Part shown: in pieces, positions 11,643-20,994 of the stretch
Numbering within the stretch: the stretch's first letter is position 1
How the letters are laid out: each line of letters starts with the position of its first letter
Source: an uncultured delta proteobacterium
GTDB lineage: Bacteria > Desulfobacterota > BSN033 > UBA1163
Assembly (NCBI GenBank): GCA_963708295.1
Contig: CAVPSJ010000008.1
Coordinates: 128,001-192,000 of the forward strand
Reading direction: 5' to 3'
DNA: 64,000 nt
The notes under the pieces: generated by a model
Told to the model about the DNA's origin: nothing
The model's database searches: none
Seen by the model: the letters and a program-made list of their open reading frames with translations, nothing else
Program-made: the position numbers and the translations under genes

Positions 11643-12809
11643 TCAACGCGCGGCAAGGAAATCCATCGCCGCCATGACACCACCTTGTTTATAAGGCACG
11701 CCGGTCAGGGCAAACCCCATTTCCACCCCGCCCAGGGTCCCGATCAACATCAGGTCGTTGAAATCCCCCAGGTGGCCGATCCGAAAGACCCGATCCTTTA
11801 GTATTCCCAGACCGTTTCCCAGGGACATGTTGAACTTGTCAAGCACCGTCGCCCGGAATGCGTCCGCGCTGTGCCCCTCGGGCATCAGGACCGTCGTCAG
11901 GACCGGACTGTACTCTTCGGGGTTAAGACAGAGGATCGGAAGCTCCCAGGTCCGAACCGCCCGACGCGCGGCTTCGCCATGACGATGATGACGGTTGAAG
12001 ACGTTTTCGAGTTCTTCTTCCATCAGCATGCGGAGGGATTCCCTGAGGCCGTAGAGCAGATTGGTCGCCGGAGAGCTCGGGAAAAAGCCGTCCTTGTTGG
12101 CCGTGAACATCTCATCCCAGGACCAGTAGGATTTGATGAGACGGGCTTTTTTCGAAGCGGCAAGGGCCTTGGCGCTGACCGCGTTGAACCCGAGGCCGGG
12201 AGGAAGCATGAGCCCCTTCTGCGAGCAGCCGACTGTGACGTCTACCCCCCATTCGTCGTGGCGGTAGTCGATGGAGCCGAGGGAGGAGATCGTATCGATC
12301 ATGAAGAGCGCCGGATGGCCGGCCCGGTCAATGGCCTGACGCACCTCGGCGATTCGGCTCGTGACGCCAGTGGATGTTTCATTATGAACGACGGCAACCG
12401 CCTTAAAGGAGTGTTTTCGATCTTCGGTTAATTTCGATTCGACCACAGCGGGATCGACACCATGGCGCCAGTCCCCGGAAACGAAGTCAACCTCCAGCCC
12501 CAGGCGGATCGCCATATTCTTCCAGAGGGTGGCAAAGTGCCCCGTTTCGAACATCAGTACCTTGTCCCCGGGCGAGAGGGTGTTGACCAGGCTCGCCTCC
12601 CACGCGCCGGTTCCTGACGAGGCGAAGATCATGACGGGACCGGCCGTTTTGAACACGCCTTTGAGACCTTCAAACACCTCGCCGGCCAGCGCCTTGAACT
12701 CGGGTCCGCGGTGATCGATGGTCGGTTTGGCCATGGCCCGCAGGACCCGTTCAGGCACGTTCGTTGGCCCCGGAATCTGCAGGAAATGACGTCCACTCGG
12801 ATCTGACAT
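11643..12809 (-). CDS. Serine/alanine-glyoxylate aminotransferase (class V PLP enzyme)
   Basis: HFLQIPGPTNVP, SSGTGAWE, VHNETSTG, DTISS, CSQKGLMLPPGL (PLP Lys), FRIGHLG. Confidence 0.9.
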   Translation of the reverse strand: MSDPSGRHFLQIPGPTNVPERVLRAMAKPTIDHRGPEFKALAGEVFEGLKGVFKTAGPVMIFASSGTGAWEASLVNTLSPGDKVLMFETGHFATLWKNMAIRLGLEVDFVSGDWRHGVDPAVVESKLTEDRKHSFKAVAVVHNETSTGVTSRIAEVRQAIDRAGHPALFMIDTISSLGSIDYRHDEWGVDVTVGCSQKGLMLPPGLGFNAVSAKALAASKKARLIKSYWSWDEMFTANKDGFFPSSPATNLLYGLRESLRMLMEEELENVFNRHHRHGEAARRAVRTWELPILCLNPEEYSPVLTTVLMPEGHSADAFRATVLDKFNMSLGNGLGILKDRVFRIGHLGDFNDLMLIGTLGGVEMGFALTGVPYKQGGVMAAMDFLAAR

Positions 12810-12880
12810 CTCTATTCCTCCGCCTGTCTTGATAGTCTCTAAGTGGCAAAAAAAAGGGTAAGAGCTCGCTTCAGGGTCGG

Positions 12881-12913
12881 TTGTTTATACAAGAAAGAGA
12901 AATTGCATGTCAA
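12881..12913 (-). promoter_or_regulatory. Sigma70 promoter TTGACA-N18-TATAAA overlapping a GntR-like TTGTATAAACAA box
   Basis: Minus strand reads TTGACA TGCAATTTCTCTTTCTTG TATAAA, about 75 bp upstream of the aminotransferase. Confidence 0.6.
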
Positions 12914-13101
12914 GAGAAAAGACCGCAAGATAGTAACCCTCAGAAGGTGAGAAAATCCCCGAACGGTAAGCCCGCCGGTCGAAAAGTGGATATCCCATCG
13001 GAGCTGCAATGACCGATCACAGAGGGTTCTGTGCCCGTCGTCCGTGGCGACCGGTCGCGGAACTTCCGCGTAGTCCCCTGATCTCCTCCCGCCCCGCTTT
13101 T

Positions 13102-13769
13102 TCACACGCCTTCTGCGACGTCCTTCCTGCCGGCCTTTTCTCCTTTCCGGATATTCTCAAGAAGCAATTCCGCCCGGACCGGATTGAAAACCCCGCACTC
13201 GCAGCACCTGGCCATGACCGTTGCAGCTTTTTTCGGCGTCAGTCTACGCAACTTGACATAGTCGATCATCTTCCTGATCAGGTTGAATGAAACCATGCCA
13301 TGGCCGCACATCGGAGTTAAATTCCAAGATTTCCCTTTCAGGCAAGCGGTCCGTTGCCCCCCAGAAACCGAGGGAATGCTCGACGCTGTGCCGCTGGATA
13401 CCGGCCTTCCGGCAGCACTCCTGCACCTCCTCCAGGAGTCCGCTGACGTTGATGGAGATTCCCAGGTCGGCCGCGATCAGTTCCTCCACCACCTTTTGGA
13501 GGCGTATCGAGGTCAGTGAAGACGGCGGCTGCCCCTGCGCCATCTTCCTGGTTGGCGATCAATTTCTCGATTTCAATGTCGTCCTGATGGATATTCCCCT
13601 GTTTGCCGTCCCCCATATTCACGGGGTGATATTTGAGGCAGATTCGCATGAATTCCCGAAGCTTCGGGGCAGACCCTTCACGGGTGATTCCCTTTGCCGT
13701 ATGGGCGAAGATGACGTAATCGTTTCTTAAGCTTTCCGCAGACCCTTGACGATGAAGGGTGTTGGTCAT
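13102..13769 (-). CDS. Uncharacterised Cys/His metal-binding protein, copy 2 (two frameshifts, near 13500 and 13315)
   Basis: Joining three ORFs gives MTNTLHR...HSVEHSLGFWG...MCGHGMV...CCECGVFN, colinear with 18873-19520. Confidence 0.75.
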
Positions 13770-13781
13770 GGGTTACCCTCC

Positions 13782-14582
13782 TTAAATAAGGGGCGGCCCA
13801 ATCCGATATTTGTTTTTCCGTTTGCCGAAAGTCGGTATCCGGCATTTCTTCACCCACTCCACATGGGGAATCGATCCATCTGGAAGGGCCCTAGATGCCG
13901 CCCCCACGCTGATCACCGTATCGATTTCTTTCTGGACATTTTCCAATGCCCGGAGAAACTCAGGTATCCGGTCGAGTCTCGTCTTAATTTCGATGATGGC
14001 GGAGAGGACCTTCTCGTTCAGAATCTCTTCTTTCATTTTCCCGGTTTCCGTATCGACCATCAGCTGGGTGACGGGGTTTTCCTTTTCGAAGTGGGGTTTG
14101 AGCTTGCGAGAGCCATGGCCACTTTCTCGATGTCTCGAGAAGAAAGCTCCGGTTCCGGGTCTTCCCATTTCGACGACAAGCCCCACGTCTCCCTGCGGAG
14201 CCTTCCGGTGACGTCGTTGCGTTTTGATCTCGTCTGTTCCGCGCCCCATGACCCCTGTGCCCGGATGAACCGTCGTAGGATCGCTGAAGACGGCCCGGAG
14301 ACTCCTCGGCCATTCGAGTTGGGGAAGGGTGAGGGCGCCTGTCGGACAGACATCGACCTCGGCAAGATAGTTAAGTCGAAAGAGGGAGAGCACTCTCCGG
14401 ATTCCCCGGACAAACCAGGGCGAATATCCTTCACTCCGGCATACCCGGTGGCAGGTATTGCATTCCACGCACTCCTCCTGATTGACAACGGACTTGCCGT
14501 CTTCATCCAGATAGATCACGCCCATGGTGCAGACTGCGTGACAGTTCCCGCAGCCCACGCATTTCTTCTTATCGATCTCCAT
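13782..14582 (-). CDS. Uncharacterised 2x[4Fe-4S] protein, copy 2 (compensating internal indels 14100-14225)
   Basis: CVGCGNCHAVC and CVECNTCHRVC..CP. GRGTDEIK; NDVTGR and RDIEKVAMALA lie in an alternate frame. Paralogue of 19517-20293. Confidence 0.78.
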   Translation of the reverse strand: MEIDKKKCVGCGNCHAVCTMGVIYLDEDGKSVVNQEECVECNTCHRVCRSEGYSPWFVRGIRRVLSLFRLNYLAEVDVCPTGALTLPQLEWPRSLRAVFSDPTTVHPGTGVMGRGTDEIKTQRRHRKAPQGDVGLVVEMGRPGTGAFFSRHRESGHGSRKLKPHFEKENPVTQLMVDTETGKMKEEILNEKVLSAIIEIKTRLDRIPEFLRALENVQKEIDTVISVGAASRALPDGSIPHVEWVKKCRIPTFGKRKNKYRIGPPLI

Positions 14583-14607
14583 GAGTTTTCCTTACTTCAG
14601 AATAAAC

Positions 14608-14828
14608 GTTTCACCGCAGAGCCGCCGAGGGCGCAAAGAAAGAATTTTTTGTTTGTCGGGAGATACCGACAAACAAAAAGGCTTCTTTTTTTCTGTGATA
14701 TGAGTGCCAAGGGCATAAAATGGTCGATCTTATTCCCCAAGCGAAAGAGTTTCTGCTCCAATCGTCGTCTCCCGATTGGGGCAGAATAAAACTTCCCTCT
14801 GCGATCTCTGCGGCTCTGCGGTGGAAAC
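14608..14828. repeat. Palindromic intergenic element with 9-bp-period arms (CACCGCAGAG...CTCTGCGGTG) and two internal hairpins
   Basis: GTTTCACCGCAGAGCCGC / GCGGCTCTGCGGTGGAAAC ends. Internal hairpins TTTTGTTTGTCGG-GAGATA-CCGACAAACAAAA and TGCTCCAATCG...CGATTGGGGCA. Confidence 0.75.
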
Positions 14829-14878
14829 TGGTCATGGACTTAAGCCGCAATCGATTCTACCGTTCTTAGGCGGCAGGA

Positions 14879-16606
14879 TTACTTCTTCCAGGCGTATCCG
14901 GAAAGTCGATGTCCGGTCTCTATCCCGAGATCCTTAATCATGAGCGAAGCCTTTGCCCTGGCTTCCATTTTTTTATCCATGGGAATATGAAGCCCGGCGC
15001 CGAACCTCTCGCTGCACAATTGAGATAAGGTGCCCAGTGTCTTTGGGCTTCCAGTAATTGGAAGGGCAGGCCAGAAGTAGACCGGGATGCCCATTGCCAA
15101 CATGGCCATGGCTTCGGTTACCTCAGAACTTCTGTTGGCTTCCGCAAAACAGGCAAAGATCGGGTAATTTTTAAGGTCCTTTTTCCCGGCCGCTGCGATG
15201 CTCAAAAGGAAATCAGTGATCCCGCCATTCTCACTGCTTCCAAGGTCGATCACCGGAGGAATGTTTTTGCCGAGGGATGGAAGCAGTTCGGACAGCCCTT
15301 TCCCGGTTTCTTTCCCGTTCTTATCGGGATTCAGGAACCCGTACTTGGCAAGGGCGATGCTCGCTTCTCCTCCGGACAAGCAGAGAATGTCTTTCCTTAA
15401 GAGCTCTTCAACAATTGTAGCAATCTCTCTGTCCTGGGTGAACTTCACATTGCCGCTTCCCGAGAAGATCGCTATCCCTTTAATGCTCTTTCTTGTCAGA
15501 GCATCCAGGATCTTCTTCACGTTCAGATCGTCGGATGAAAAGCCCAACTGGGCAGATTCCCTGCTTTCAGGAATATCTCTCGACAAGACCTTTCGGAATT
15601 GAAAGGACTTCTTTGCCTTCTCAATAATTTCTCTGGCCATGGCATCGGGCTTCTGCTGCGGGTTCAGGCCTTCTGCCGGAACGATGGGGATCTCCCATTC
15701 CTTCGCGATCGCTGCGAGAGAGGGATTAACGAATTGGTCTCCGGCCACAATCAGGTCAACGGCACCGGTCATGAGGGGGATCTCCTGGGAACCGTAATTT
15801 GTCGCCGCGCCGAGCGAATAGGGCGGAAGCAAGGGATCCGTACAGACACCCAGAACGTTCACTTTCGCCTTCTTCGCTGCCTCAACGATTTTATACTTGA
15901 GAACGGGAGAGAAGTACCCGTACAGAAGGATGTTGGGCGCCCCCTTTTGCAGGATCCCGAGATTAACCTCCACCTTCGTGGGCGTCGAATCACCGAAGAC
16001 TGACTTTTTCAGCTTTCCGTGAATCCTCTGGGCCAGACAGGCCAGAAGTGAGACCCTGAAAGCCCAGAGAAGGATTTCTTCCACACCTGCGATTCCTCCC
16101 TCCAGCTTTCCGGAGGCTTTTAAGAGATCCTTGTTCAATCCTCTGGGAGAGACTCCCATCTCCTCCCAAAGGCGGATCAAAGCCCTTGGAAAATCTTTCT
16201 TCACCCCGTTTCCTCCATTCGCAAGGAGGTCCACTGTTTCTTTGAGAATCAGATCCGTTTCACCTTTCTTCTTCGGTTTGATTCCGCCGGACTCAACCCC
16301 TTCCTTAAAGCCGCTGACCTGGTCGAGGACGGCCATTGCCCCTTTCATGACAAGCCTTAACAGGGCCTGACTTGCCAGTATGTCTTTATCCTTGCCACAC
16401 ACTCCTGTCTTATTCGAATCCCGGAAGGGATGGCTGATACAGGGACCCTGGAGGCAGTCCCGGCAGCTCAACCCGGCTTCACAAAATCCGCATTCCGGAA
16501 GCTGACCTTCGAGACGGTCCCAGACCAGGGAAATCTCCCTGTCTGCGGCCTTTGGCAAGAAAGCTTCAATGGCGCTGTCAGCGGTCTTTTTCTGGATGAA
16601 CTCCAT
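14879..16606 (-). CDS. CooS/HCP-superfamily (Ni-CODH-like) protein lacking most C-cluster ligands
   Basis: CGFCEAGLSCRDCLQGPC...GVCG (D/B clusters), EVNLG, NILLYG, QEIPLMTGAVD, GIAIFSG, IPPVIDLGS. The CODH scaffold is recognisable but the active-site ligand positions are substituted. Confidence 0.85.
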   Translation of the reverse strand: MEFIQKKTADSAIEAFLPKAADREISLVWDRLEGQLPECGFCEAGLSCRDCLQGPCISHPFRDSNKTGVCGKDKDILASQALLRLVMKGAMAVLDQVSGFKEGVESGGIKPKKKGETDLILKETVDLLANGGNGVKKDFPRALIRLWEEMGVSPRGLNKDLLKASGKLEGGIAGVEEILLWAFRVSLLACLAQRIHGKLKKSVFGDSTPTKVEVNLGILQKGAPNILLYGYFSPVLKYKIVEAAKKAKVNVLGVCTDPLLPPYSLGAATNYGSQEIPLMTGAVDLIVAGDQFVNPSLAAIAKEWEIPIVPAEGLNPQQKPDAMAREIIEKAKKSFQFRKVLSRDIPESRESAQLGFSSDDLNVKKILDALTRKSIKGIAIFSGSGNVKFTQDREIATIVEELLRKDILCLSGGEASIALAKYGFLNPDKNGKETGKGLSELLPSLGKNIPPVIDLGSSENGGITDFLLSIAAAGKKDLKNYPIFACFAEANRSSEVTEAMAMLAMGIPVYFWPALPITGSPKTLGTLSQLCSERFGAGLHIPMDKKMEARAKASLMIKDLGIETGHRLSGYAWKK

Positions 16607-16671
16607 GGTATCTCCTTTCGTCTATAAGTCGTACCCGGTAATTTTCAGGGTTTCTTCAGGTTTGCCTGTTT

Positions 16672-17148
16672 TCATCCTTTCACGGAACTAATGGGCTCAA
16701 AGGCCTTCTTCCGATAATCCTTCCGGTCTTCCAGCTGGATGGCCTTGGTCGGGCAGACCTCTGCGCAGATCGGATAGCCCATATTCCGGCAGCGGTCGCA
16801 TTTGATTGCCACTTTCATGGAAGACGAGGGATTGATAATGCCGAAGGGGCAGACCATGACGCACATCCAGCAGGCAATGCAGGTCGGCTCATGGACAAAG
16901 ACCAGTCCCGTCTCCGGGTCCCGGCGCATCGTCCCATTGGGACAGGCCTCGATACAGGGCGGATTTTCACAGTGCCGGCACTGGAGAGCGAAGTTTTTCC
17001 CCTCCACATGGACACGGGGCACCGGCTGCGGTTGCTCCTGGATCGCCCCATAGAGCTCTTTAGACAGGGACCCGATTTCTGTCCCGCACCAAAGCTCGCA
17101 CTGATGGCATCCTGTGCATTTATTCTTGTCCACCATTAGAAGTTTCAC
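16672..17148 (-). CDS. CooF/HydN-like four-cluster ferredoxin
   Basis: CTGCHQCELWC, CRHCENPPCIEACP, CIACWMCVMVCP, KCDRC...CAEVCP. Confidence 0.9.
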   Translation of the reverse strand: MKLLMVDKNKCTGCHQCELWCGTEIGSLSKELYGAIQEQPQPVPRVHVEGKNFALQCRHCENPPCIEACPNGTMRRDPETGLVFVHEPTCIACWMCVMVCPFGIINPSSSMKVAIKCDRCRNMGYPICAEVCPTKAIQLEDRKDYRKKAFEPISSVKG

Positions 17149-17194
17149 AATATCACCCTCCGTAGCTAATTTATCTAATAATGAATTGGTCTTC

Positions 17195-17332
17195 GAAAAT
17201 TCGAAATCCGAATATCGAAATCCGAAACAAATTCAAAACCCAAATATCCCAATGATCCAAACACGGTGATCTTGTTCTTGATTCTTATGAATTTGGTTTG
17301 TTTCGAATTTCGGATTTCGATATTCGAGTTTC
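17195..17332. repeat. 7-bp-period palindromic repeat (CGAAAT[CT]/ATTTCG family)
   Basis: AAATTCGAAATCCGAATATCGAAATCCGAAACAAAT ... TTTGTTTCGAATTTCGGATTTCGATATTCGAGTTT. Confidence 0.85.
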
Positions 17333-17341
17333 ATCATGTCC

Positions 17342-18649
17342 TTAGAGTCCCGTGTCCATGATCTCCTTGTATTCCGGTTCCATGAACCGGGTTGCATTCC
17401 TCCGGATCAGAGGAAGGAGATCTATAAAATTGAGACTGGGGCTCATCAACTTCGGGATGAATTCCGAGACATCGACCCTCTTCTTCAGGAGAATGGAGAA
17501 GAGACCCGCTTTCTGGGTCTGTCCGACCAGGATCGCCCCTATGATCCGGCCATTCTTCAAGATGAGTTTCCGGTACGTATCCTTCGTTCTCTTCCGGACC
17601 TCCTGAAATTGATCGCCGGGAGCGCACTCCGTGCAGACATCCGCATGGGTAACCCCCATGGAGATCGCAGGGATTCCAATGAAGTTTCCAATGGAGTTCC
17701 GCCGGTAGGAACCTTCGTAGGAAGTCTTCTTTCCGGCCATATTCAAACCGGCGATTCCCCCCTGTTCGAAGGCGCAAACCCAGATGGCATTGATGAAGTT
17801 GGCGTCCCGGGCGATATCGAAGGTTTCTACGACATCACCCGCCGCATAGATATCCGGGGAACTGGTCATCATCTCGCTGTCCACCTTGATGCCCCCGAGA
17901 GACCCGATCTCGATTCCCGCGTTCCGGGCAAGCTCGACAGCAGGCTTGATGCCAACGGAGAGAACGACCATGTCGCATTCGATTTCTCTCGAATCCGTCA
18001 CCACGCTCCGGACACGGCCATTCCCCGTAAACTGGACGGCCTTCTCTCCGGTGATCACTTCGATGCCAAGCTCCTCGACCCTTTTTTGAACGATGGATGC
18101 CGCCTCTTCGTCGAAGACCGTGGGCAAGACGTGGCCCAGCATTTCGAGGAGGGCGACCTTGATTCCCCTTCTCCTGAAGCTGATGCTCGATTCCACGCCG
18201 ATGCTTCCGGCTCCGATCACCACAGCCTTTTTTCCCGGAAAACGATAAATCCTTTCTGCGTCTTCCATGGTCTTCAGAGTGGAAATTCCCTCCTTATCGA
18301 CACCCGGAATGGGCGGGACAATGGGTTTTCCACCTGTTGCGATAAGAAGTTTGTCGAAAGAATAGTGGTTCCCGTCTCCGGTTCGGATCGATTTGGAGGC
18401 GGGGATCACTTCTTCCACCCGCGTTCCCAGATGAGGCGTCACATGGTTCACTTCGAAAAAGTCGGCTGTTCTGAAATTCAGCAGAGGCTTTGAAAGCTCC
18501 TCTGCCACGTAGTACGGGAGAAGTACCCTTGAAAAGAGGGGAGTGGCCTCATCGCTGAACAGGTCGATGGCTGAAGTCCGGTCAATGGATCGAATGGCCT
18601 CCACAGCGCTGATGGCCGCGGCGCTCCCTCCAATAATTACATATCGCAT
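17342..18649 (-). CDS. FAD-dependent pyridine nucleotide oxidoreductase (NirB/NADH-rubredoxin oxidoreductase-like, CODH-associated type)
   Basis: IIGGSAAA, LLIATGG, VIGAGSIG, TSSPDIYAAGD; also a CTEC motif near the C-terminus. Confidence 0.9.
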   Translation of the reverse strand: MRYVIIGGSAAAISAVEAIRSIDRTSAIDLFSDEATPLFSRVLLPYYVAEELSKPLLNFRTADFFEVNHVTPHLGTRVEEVIPASKSIRTGDGNHYSFDKLLIATGGKPIVPPIPGVDKEGISTLKTMEDAERIYRFPGKKAVVIGAGSIGVESSISFRRRGIKVALLEMLGHVLPTVFDEEAASIVQKRVEELGIEVITGEKAVQFTGNGRVRSVVTDSREIECDMVVLSVGIKPAVELARNAGIEIGSLGGIKVDSEMMTSSPDIYAAGDVVETFDIARDANFINAIWVCAFEQGGIAGLNMAGKKTSYEGSYRRNSIGNFIGIPAISMGVTHADVCTECAPGDQFQEVRKRTKDTYRKLILKNGRIIGAILVGQTQKAGLFSILLKKRVDVSEFIPKLMSPSLNFIDLLPLIRRNATRFMEPEYKEIMDTGL

Positions 18650-18675
18650 CGTTTTCTCCTTCCGATGAATTAGAG

Positions 18676-18815
18676 AAAATTCGAAATTCGAATATCGAAA
18701 TCCGAAACAAATCCAAAATCCAGAATTAAGTCCTTAAGAAGTTTCATCCGTAATGGTCATTGATGTTTCGAGCATTCGAGATTGTTTCGAGTTTCGAAAT
18801 TTGTGCTTCGGATTT
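18676..18815. repeat. 7-bp-period palindromic repeat (same family as 17195)
   Basis: AAATTCGAAATTCGAATATCGAAATCCGAAACAAAT ... ATTGTTTCGAGTTTCGAAATTTGTGCTTCGGATTT. Confidence 0.85.
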
Positions 18816-18872
18816 AAGACGTTCTTGCTTCGAAAGATATCAGATCTTCGTGCTTCGAAGTCTGCATGTCAT

Positions 18873-19520
18873 TTAGTACAGGCTATGGACCATATATAAA
18901 GGAAGCAATTTACGGAACATTTCTTTTCCCCGGGTCAGGTTATAGTTGCCGCAGGTGCAGCCTCTTGCCAATTCGAAACAGGCATCTTCTACTGTCCTCC
19001 GGCCCCGTTTTACATCCCGGACCATTTTGCGCACCAGGTCAGCAGCGATCATGGCGTGGCCGCACATGGTCACGGTTTCGAGAATCTGAAAATCAGGCAT
19101 CTTCTCGGTCTGCCCCCAGGTGCCAAGGGAATACTCCAGGGAGTGAATTCTTCCCATTCCTGCCTCGTCCATGCACTGCTGGACAACATCTGTCACGCCC
19201 GAAATGATGACCGAGATACCGGGCCGGTTCTCTTTCAAATCCTTCAGCAGGGAAACGATCTTTTCCCGGTTGTCGAAGGTGCACTGGACGATCGTTCCAT
19301 CCGTCACCCGGCTCAGAATATCGTCCATGGTGGTGTTGTAGATGTTTCCGGTCTTCATGTCGCCCAGATTGATGGGGCCATGCTTGTAACAGATGCTTAA
19401 GAACTTCCGCGTGTTTGGCGCTGAGCCCTTTTTGTTTACGCCCGTAGCCGGGCAGCCCAGGACCACGAAGTCCTCTTTCAGGCTCTCCCGATCACCCCTT
19501 CGATGCAGGCTGTGTGTCAT
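18873..19520 (-). CDS. Uncharacterised Cys/His metal-binding protein, copy 1
   Basis: Intact ORF with RBS and ATGA overlap with the upstream gene. MTHSLHR, QQC...HSLEYSLG, TMCGH, GCTCG. Confidence 0.85.
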   Translation of the reverse strand: MTHSLHRRGDRESLKEDFVVLGCPATGVNKKGSAPNTRKFLSICYKHGPINLGDMKTGNIYNTTMDDILSRVTDGTIVQCTFDNREKIVSLLKDLKENRPGISVIISGVTDVVQQCMDEAGMGRIHSLEYSLGTWGQTEKMPDFQILETVTMCGHAMIAADLVRKMVRDVKRGRRTVEDACFELARGCTCGNYNLTRGKEMFRKLLPLYMVHSLY

Positions 19521-20293
19521 GATCTCTCTCCTTCTATCTCATCAGCATAGAACTTGAATGCCGGCAATCCCAAGCCCAGGTTGTTTTTGCTATTGATGGA
19601 GTACCAGAGTCCCTCCTTTTCCAGAACCGGGACGATGGGGATTTCGCCCTCCGGCGGGACCTTTGTAATCACCTCGACCGTGAGGACGGAATCAATCTCC
19701 TTTGCCACCTTCTTCAGGACTCTCAATGCCTCCGGAAGTTTCTCCAGCTTGCATTTTCCTTCGATGATGGCTGAAGTTGCCTTTTCACCCAGGACCTCAT
19801 CCCGGAGCTTTCCTGTGCTCTTGTCCGACATGAAATGGGTGACAGGGTTCTCCATGGCCAGTTGGTATCCCAGGTCCGCAGCCATCAAAGCCATCGCCAC
19901 CTTTTCGACATCCCTGAAATAAGCTCCCACGCCGGGTCTTCCCAATTCAACACCCACGCCGACTTCGCCTGGGAGAAAAGTTCCTTTCACGTCGTTTGTC
20001 TTCATCTCCTCTGTTCCGCGGCCCGGCACCTGGGACCCTGCGAATTCGATGAAGGGGTTGCTCAGGATCCCGCGAACCTCCCTCGGCCACACCTCGTCTT
20101 GCTGGTAGAGGGCTTTCACAGGACAGACATCCGCCCTGAGACATTCGCCGCAATCGGTGCACCCGTCCTGATCGATCTCGATGTAAACCCGGCCATGGAT
20201 GGTATCGTGGCGCTTAAAGGTCTGAATCCTGCCCATCGGACAATAGGGGAAACATCTCTTGCAGGCGATACATTTATCGGGGTCTGCTTTCAT
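19517..20293 (-). CDS. Uncharacterised 2x[4Fe-4S] protein, copy 1
   Basis: CIACKRCFPYCP, CTDCGECLRADVCP, then GRGTEEMKTNDV, ELGRPGVG, ENPVT, KNNLGLG. Confidence 0.88.
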   Translation of the reverse strand: MKADPDKCIACKRCFPYCPMGRIQTFKRHDTIHGRVYIEIDQDGCTDCGECLRADVCPVKALYQQDEVWPREVRGILSNPFIEFAGSQVPGRGTEEMKTNDVKGTFLPGEVGVGVELGRPGVGAYFRDVEKVAMALMAADLGYQLAMENPVTHFMSDKSTGKLRDEVLGEKATSAIIEGKCKLEKLPEALRVLKKVAKEIDSVLTVEVITKVPPEGEIPIVPVLEKEGLWYSINSKNNLGLGLPAFKFYADEIEGERS

Positions 20294-20310
20294 CGTACCT
20301 CCTCAAATCC

Positions 20311-20994
20311 TCATTGCTGCTCAAACATCGCTTTGAGCGCGTCCTCTTTGGCTTCACGGATGTGATCCCGCATCACCCGTTCACAAAGGTCCGGGTCCCT
20401 CAATCGCAAGGCCATCATGACTTTCCGGTGACCCTCCAGAGCCCTCTGCGCCCCCTCCAGATAGTGAAGGGTATCTTTCCGGTATCGCAACACATACCTT
20501 CGAATGTTTACAATCATGTCGTACAGCCGGCGCTTGTGGCCGACCAGGTTGTGCAGGGCGTCATGGAATTCCGTATTCCATTGGAATATCTCGTCGATTT
20601 TTTGCCGCTTCAGAGCGTCTTCGGCGTTTTCAATGAAACCGTTCAACTGTTTAAGGGTTTCTTCTGAGATCGATTCAGAAACGAGTCTCAGCGTGTAGCC
20701 CTCCAGGATGGCGCGGATATCGAACAATTCTTCCATCTCCTCTTTCGAATCCCTGGGGATAATAAATCCTCTTGTCTCAAGAGGCTGAATCAGCCCTTCC
20801 AGTTCCAGCTTATGAAGAGCTTCCCTCACCGGTGTACGGCTGACGCCAAGTTCTTCCGCCAGGTATTCCTCAGTGAGTCTACGGCCGGGATCGAAGGCGC
20901 CGGAGAGAATATTCGTTTTCAGATATTCGTACGTCTTCTTTCTTGCGGGAATGGAATTCTTTTTCGTGATCTGTGAAGAGGCCTGGTTGCTCAA
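20311..20994 (-). CDS. GntR-family regulator with FCD domain
   Basis: LAEELGVSRTPVREAL, NTEFHDAL, GHRKVM...MRDHI. Confidence 0.92.
   Translation of the reverse strand: MSNQASSQITKKNSIPARKKTYEYLKTNILSGAFDPGRRLTEEYLAEELGVSRTPVREALHKLELEGLIQPLETRGFIIPRDSKEEMEELFDIRAILEGYTLRLVSESISEETLKQLNGFIENAEDALKRQKIDEIFQWNTEFHDALHNLVGHKRRLYDMIVNIRRYVLRYRKDTLHYLEGAQRALEGHRKVMMALRLRDPDLCERVMRDHIREAKEDALKAMFEQQ

Noticed and set aside
14879-16606. Functional CO dehydrogenase or hybrid-cluster protein
   Set aside because: Nearly all C-cluster ligands and the catalytic His/Lys are absent, and HCP-type ligands are not evident either.
13746-18493. Long antisense ORFs (13746-14789, 17336-18493 and similar elsewhere)
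   Set aside because: They are shadows of well-supported opposite-strand genes and contain no motifs.
17195-18815. Short periodic repeats as a CRISPR array
   Set aside because: The units are 7 bp in inverted arms, with no constant 25-45-bp repeat, no unique spacers and no cas genes.
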